This document shows, one piece after another, positions 60,617 to 64,000 of a stretch of DNA of 64,000 bases; the stretch's first letter is position 1; each line of letters opens with the position of its first letter. A program made the translations under genes and the position numbers. Origin of the DNA: Deltaproteobacteria bacterium (lineage in GTDB: Bacteria; Myxococcota_A; UBA796; SXON01); the NCBI GenBank assembly GCA_036676765.1, contig JAKFCH010000148.1, forward strand, positions 11,141 through 75,140, read 5' to 3'. The notes under the pieces were generated by a model. The model had not been told where the DNA came from. It did not search any database and worked only from the letters and a program-made list of their open reading frames with translations.

Positions 60617-61575
60617 GCTTCGCCATCCGCACGGAGAAGCTCTCGAAGGTCTACCGATCCGGGTTCTGGCGCATCCCCTACACGGGCCTCGCGGACCTCG
60701 ATCTCGAGGTGCCGGACGGCACGAGCTTCGGCTTCATCGGGCCGAACGGCGCCGGCAAGACCACCACGATCAAGACCCTGATGTCGCTCCAGAAGGCGAC
60801 CGGCGGCCGCGCGTGGATCCACGGCATCGAGGTGCCGAACCCCGAGTCGCGGCGTCGCGTCGGGTTCCTGCCCGAGCGCCCCTACTTCTACGAGCACCTG
60901 ACCGCGCGCGAGTTCCTCGACTTCTACGGTCGCCTCTGCGAAGTGCCCGCGGCCGAGCGCAAGCGCCGCATCGACGCGCTGCTCGAGCGGGTCGACCTCG
61001 CCCGCTTCCGCGACGTGCCGCTCGGCAAGTTCTCGAAGGGCATGCTCCAGCGCGCGGGCCTCGCCCAGGCCCTCGTCTCCGAGCCCGACCTGCTCGTGCT
61101 CGACGAGCCCATGAGCGGCCTCGATCCGCTCGGGCGCGTGCTCGTGCGCGACATCATCCTGGAGGAGCGCCAGCTCGGCCGGACCGTGTTCTTCTCGAGC
61201 CACATCATCGCCGACGTCGAGGCCCTCTGCGATCGCGTCGCCATCGTGGTGGGCGGCAGGCTCCGCGGCCAGGGCACGGTGTCCGAGCTGCTCGGGCACA
61301 CCGTCGCCCACGTCGACTGCACGTTCGTGGACGTGGCGCTGCCCGAGGCCGCCGTCGCCCTGGTCTCCGAGCCGCCGCTCGTCGCCGCGCCCGGTCGGAC
61401 CCTGGCGCGGAGGCTCGATCCCGGCGAGGTCGACCGGTGGATCGACGCCGCGCGGCGCGTGGGCGGCACGGTCACGAGCATCGTGCCGGCGCAGCGCAAC
61501 CTCGAGCAGGTGCTCCTCGACGAGGTGGAGCGGGCGAAGCCGGTCAACTCCAAGCGGCTCGGGGTGCTGGCGTGA
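60613..61575 (+). CDS. ABC transporter ATP-binding protein (ABC-2 type)
   Basis: Walker A GPNGAGKTT, signature FSKGMLQRAGLAQAL, Walker B LLVLDEPMSGLD. Confidence 0.9.
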   Translation: MSFAIRTEKLSKVYRSGFWRIPYTGLADLDLEVPDGTSFGFIGPNGAGKTTTIKTLMSLQKATGGRAWIHGIEVPNPESRRRVGFLPERPYFYEHLTAREFLDFYGRLCEVPAAERKRRIDALLERVDLARFRDVPLGKFSKGMLQRAGLAQALVSEPDLLVLDEPMSGLDPLGRVLVRDIILEERQLGRTVFFSSHIIADVEALCDRVAIVVGGRLRGQGTVSELLGHTVAHVDCTFVDVALPEAAVALVSEPPLVAAPGRTLARRLDPGEVDRWIDAARRVGGTVTSIVPAQRNLEQVLLDEVERAKPVNSKRLGVLA

Positions 61576-62339
61576 ACCAGATCTTCGCCGTCGCCACCAA
61601 CACCTTCCGCGAGGCCGTGCGCGACAAGGTGCTCCACAGCATCCTGTTCTTCGCGGTGCTGCTCCTCCTCGTCTCGCTCGGCATGCGCGAGATCACCATC
61701 GGGGACCAGGCGAAGGTCGTCCGCGGCGTCGCCCTCGGCGGCATCTCGCTCATGGGCGGCATCATCGCGATCTTCCTCGGGGTGGGCCTCGTGTGGAAGG
61801 AGATCGAGAAGAAGACCATCTACACCCTCGCGAGCAAGCCGCTCGCCCGGTGGCGGCTCCTCCTCGGCAAGTACGTCGGCCTCTGGTTCACGCTCGCGGC
61901 GGAGGTCGGCATCCTCACCGTGCTCTACACCGCGATCGTCGGGTCGCAGCAGGGCTTGCCGTCGGTCGACGTCTACGTCGCCGTCGGGATGCTGATGATG
62001 GAGCTCACGCTCTTGTGCGCGTGGGCCACGCTGTTCTCGACCTTCGCCGCGCCCACCACCGCGTCGGCGTACTCGCTGTGCATCTACCTCATCGGCCACT
62101 TCACCGACGATCTCCGCATCTTCGGCGAACGCTCCGAGGATCCGACGTTCAAGGCCCTGTGCGCCGGCCTGTACCGGGTGCTCCCGAACCTCGAGGTCTT
62201 CAACATCCGGGCCGAGGCGGTGCACGGCATCGCGGTGCCCGCGTCGGAGATCGGGTGGGCGCTCGCCTACGGCAGCGGCTACACCGCCGTCGTGCTCGGG
62301 ATCGCCATGCTCGTGTTCGAGAAGCGCGACTTCAAGTGA
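61572..62339 (+). CDS. ABC-2 family transporter permease
   Basis: Real part of ORF 60813..62339, with a GTG start in a GTGA overlap. Six hydrophobic segments. NQIFAVATNTFREAVRDKVLHSILFF is typical of the NosY/YhaP-like ABC-2 permease N-terminus. Confidence 0.8.
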   Translation: MNQIFAVATNTFREAVRDKVLHSILFFAVLLLLVSLGMREITIGDQAKVVRGVALGGISLMGGIIAIFLGVGLVWKEIEKKTIYTLASKPLARWRLLLGKYVGLWFTLAAEVGILTVLYTAIVGSQQGLPSVDVYVAVGMLMMELTLLCAWATLFSTFAAPTTASAYSLCIYLIGHFTDDLRIFGERSEDPTFKALCAGLYRVLPNLEVFNIRAEAVHGIAVPASEIGWALAYGSGYTAVVLGIAMLVFEKRDFK

Positions 62340-62364
62340 TCGGCCCCTCCACGAGGGCGCCCGC

Positions 62365-63465
62365 GTGACCATCCGCATGGCCGACCTCGCCGCGCGCCAT
62401 CAGCGGGTGGCGGCCGACGTCGAGGCGCGCGTGCTCGCCGTGCTCCGGTCGGGGCGGTACGTCGGCGGGCCGGTGGTCACCGAGGCCGAGCGTCGTCTCG
62501 CTTCCCTGTTCGGGTACGCCCACGGCGTCGGCGTCAACAGCGGCACCGACGCGCTGATCTACGCGCTCATGGCGATGGGCATCCAGCCGGGCGACGAGGT
62601 CATCGTCCCCGCCGTCACCTTCTTCGCCACCGCCGAGGCCGTCGGGCGCATCGGCGCCGTGCCCATCGTGGCCGACGTGCGCGCCGACCTCCCCGTGCTC
62701 GACCCCGCCACGCTCCCGCTCACGACGCGCACCCGCGCCGTCATCGCGGTCCACCTCTTCGGCGAGCCCTGCCCGCTCCCGACGCTCGTCGCCCCCGGAG
62801 GCCGCGTCGTCCCGGTCCTCGACGACGTCGCCCAGGCCGTCGGCGCCTCGCCCCCCGCGCGCACGGGTAGCGTCGGGGCCGCCAGCTTCTACCCGACCAA
62901 GACCCTCGGGGCCGCGGGCGATGCCGGGATCGTCCTCGCCGACGATCCCGCCGTCGCCGACGCCGCCCGCAAGCTCGCCTCCCACGGCATGCCGGCGCCG
63001 TACGTCCACGACCGCGTCCACGGCCACTTCGGCGCCAACAGCCGCCTCGACGCGGTGCAGGCCGCCGTGCTCCTCGGCCACATCGACGATCTCGACGCCC
63101 GCCTCGCGCGCCGTCGCGCCATCGCCGCCGCCTACGACGCGGGACTCCCCGAGGCCGTGCGCCCCCTCCCCCGCGCCGCCGGCCACCCCGTGCACCACTA
63201 CGTCGTGCGCACCACCGGTCGCGACGCGCTCGCCACCGCGCTCGCCGCCGCCGAGATCGAGACCGCCGTGTACTACCGGCGCCCGCTGTCCGAGGAGCCC
63301 GCCCTCGCCCACCACGCCCACGCCGGCGTGACCGCGACGCTCACGCCGAACGCCGCCCGATATTGCGCCGAGGCCCTGGCCTTGCCCGTCCACGAAGGCC
63401 TGACCGATTCTGACGTGGACCGGGTGCTCGACACGATACGCCGTGCCACGATGAACGCCACATGA
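62365..63465 (+). CDS. DegT/DnrJ/EryC1/StrS-family PLP-dependent sugar aminotransferase
   Basis: VNSGTDALIYALMAMGIQPGDEVIVPAVTFFAT and the PLP-Lys context SFYPTKTLGAAGDAG. Confidence 0.85.
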   Translation: MTIRMADLAARHQRVAADVEARVLAVLRSGRYVGGPVVTEAERRLASLFGYAHGVGVNSGTDALIYALMAMGIQPGDEVIVPAVTFFATAEAVGRIGAVPIVADVRADLPVLDPATLPLTTRTRAVIAVHLFGEPCPLPTLVAPGGRVVPVLDDVAQAVGASPPARTGSVGAASFYPTKTLGAAGDAGIVLADDPAVADAARKLASHGMPAPYVHDRVHGHFGANSRLDAVQAAVLLGHIDDLDARLARRRAIAAAYDAGLPEAVRPLPRAAGHPVHHYVVRTTGRDALATALAAAEIETAVYYRRPLSEEPALAHHAHAGVTATLTPNAARYCAEALALPVHEGLTDSDVDRVLDTIRRATMNAT

Positions 63466-64000
63466 CCCCCGAGACGGCCTACTGGATCTTCGCCGCCTTC
63501 GCCGGCGTCTTCGGGCTGCTCTTCGGCTCGTTCCTCAACGTCTGCGTCGCGCGCATGCCGGAGGATCGCTCGGTCGTGTGGCCGGGATCGGCCTGCCCGA
63601 CGTGCGGCACCGCCATCAAGCCCTACGACAACGTCCCGGTGCTCGCCTGGATGTGGCTCCGCGGCAGGTGTCGCGCCTGCAAGGAGCCCATCTCCGCGCT
63701 CTACCCCGTGGTCGAGGCCCTGTTCGGCGTGCTCGCGGTCCTGCTCTTCCGCCGCGTCGTGCCCGACCTCGCCGACCTCGACGCCGCGCACCTCGTGGCG
63801 CTCGCCTGGTACGGTTGGTTGCTGTTCGCGCTCGTGGCGCTCACGTTCATCGACCTGCGCCACTACATCATCCCCGACGAGTTCAGCATCTACTCGGTGC
63901 CCGTCGGCGTCGCGGGCGCGGGGCTGCTCGGCTGGCTTGGTTACACCGGCTCCCCCACGTGGCAGGGCTCGGTGGTCGGCGCGATGGTCGGCGGCGGCTT
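63462..64000 (+). CDS. pilD: type IV prepilin peptidase (A24 family), 3' end outside window
   Basis: ATGA overlap with the upstream gene. LLFGSFLNVCVARMP, zinc-ribbon CPTCGTAIKPYDNVPVLAWMWLRGRCRAC, and the first catalytic Asp context FIDLRHYIIPDE. Confidence 0.85.
   Translation, partial: MTPETAYWIFAAFAGVFGLLFGSFLNVCVARMPEDRSVVWPGSACPTCGTAIKPYDNVPVLAWMWLRGRCRACKEPISALYPVVEALFGVLAVLLFRRVVPDLADLDAAHLVALAWYGWLLFALVALTFIDLRHYIIPDEFSIYSVPVGVAGAGLLGWLGYTGSPTWQGSVVGAMVGGG

Overview
Very GC-rich (about 70-80% by eye), gene-dense bacterial chromosome segment. The gene content suggests a myxobacterium: MopE-type Cys/Asp-rich repeat lipoproteins, Ser/Thr kinases fused to FGE-sulfatase domains, DevBCA-type exporters and many two-component proteins. 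This taxon guess is inference only. I support about 55 protein-coding genes, several gene relics and several non-coding repeat structures. Many long ORFs in the track are Arg/Pro/Gly/Ala-rich off-frame or antisense shadows of real genes, so I ignored them. From left to right: a partial dihaem cytochrome c; an OmpR-type two-component pair divergent from a devBCA-like exporter operon that also carries a TetR and a cytochrome c'-like gene; a PLD lipoprotein; a 1065-aa MopE-repeat lipoprotein with a NIDO-like C-terminus; a PAS hybrid kinase; TetR, ArsR-rhodanese and SDR genes. Next come an active Ser/Thr kinase and a translationally coupled pseudokinase, both fused to FGE-sulfatase domains, and an operon of receiver, haem-oxygenase-like fusion and B12-binding-domain protein. 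Positions 26.2-41.2 kb look accessory and rearranged. This stretch holds a second MopE-repeat lipoprotein with a fibrinogen/COLFI-like C-terminus, an RNI-type LRR protein, vapBC, a 573-bp duplicated chimeric copy of the B12-binding gene and a 70-nt element present 3-4 times. It also holds frameshifted FG-GAP, DUF1016 and serine-recombinase relics. Its main feature is a lower-GC five-gene translationally coupled isoprenoid-lipid operon: polyprenyl synthase, membrane sulfotransferase, UbiA-HAD fusion, methyltransferase and geranylgeranyl reductase. The right part carries a beta-helix lipoprotein, then a FAAL - ACP - 2068-aa PfaA-like PKS fused to an alpha-oxoamine synthase, and a CPA2 antiporter preceded by three tandem 51-nt palindromic units. 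It continues with thioesterase, AraC and VOC genes, a dyad-symmetric intergenic element, a crotonase, and a bpt - FtsH-like AAA (no M41 protease domain) - M50 protease operon. It ends with a stand-alone SPASM-like protein with an ABC-2 transporter, a DegT aminotransferase and a partial prepilin peptidase. No rRNA, intact tRNA or CRISPR array was seen. My best candidates for an undescribed system are the isoprenoid islet, the PKS-AOS lipid-amine cluster, the bpt-AAA-M50 module and the haem-oxygenase-like/B12-domain operon. All family assignments are by-eye motif recognition and need HMM or BLAST confirmation.
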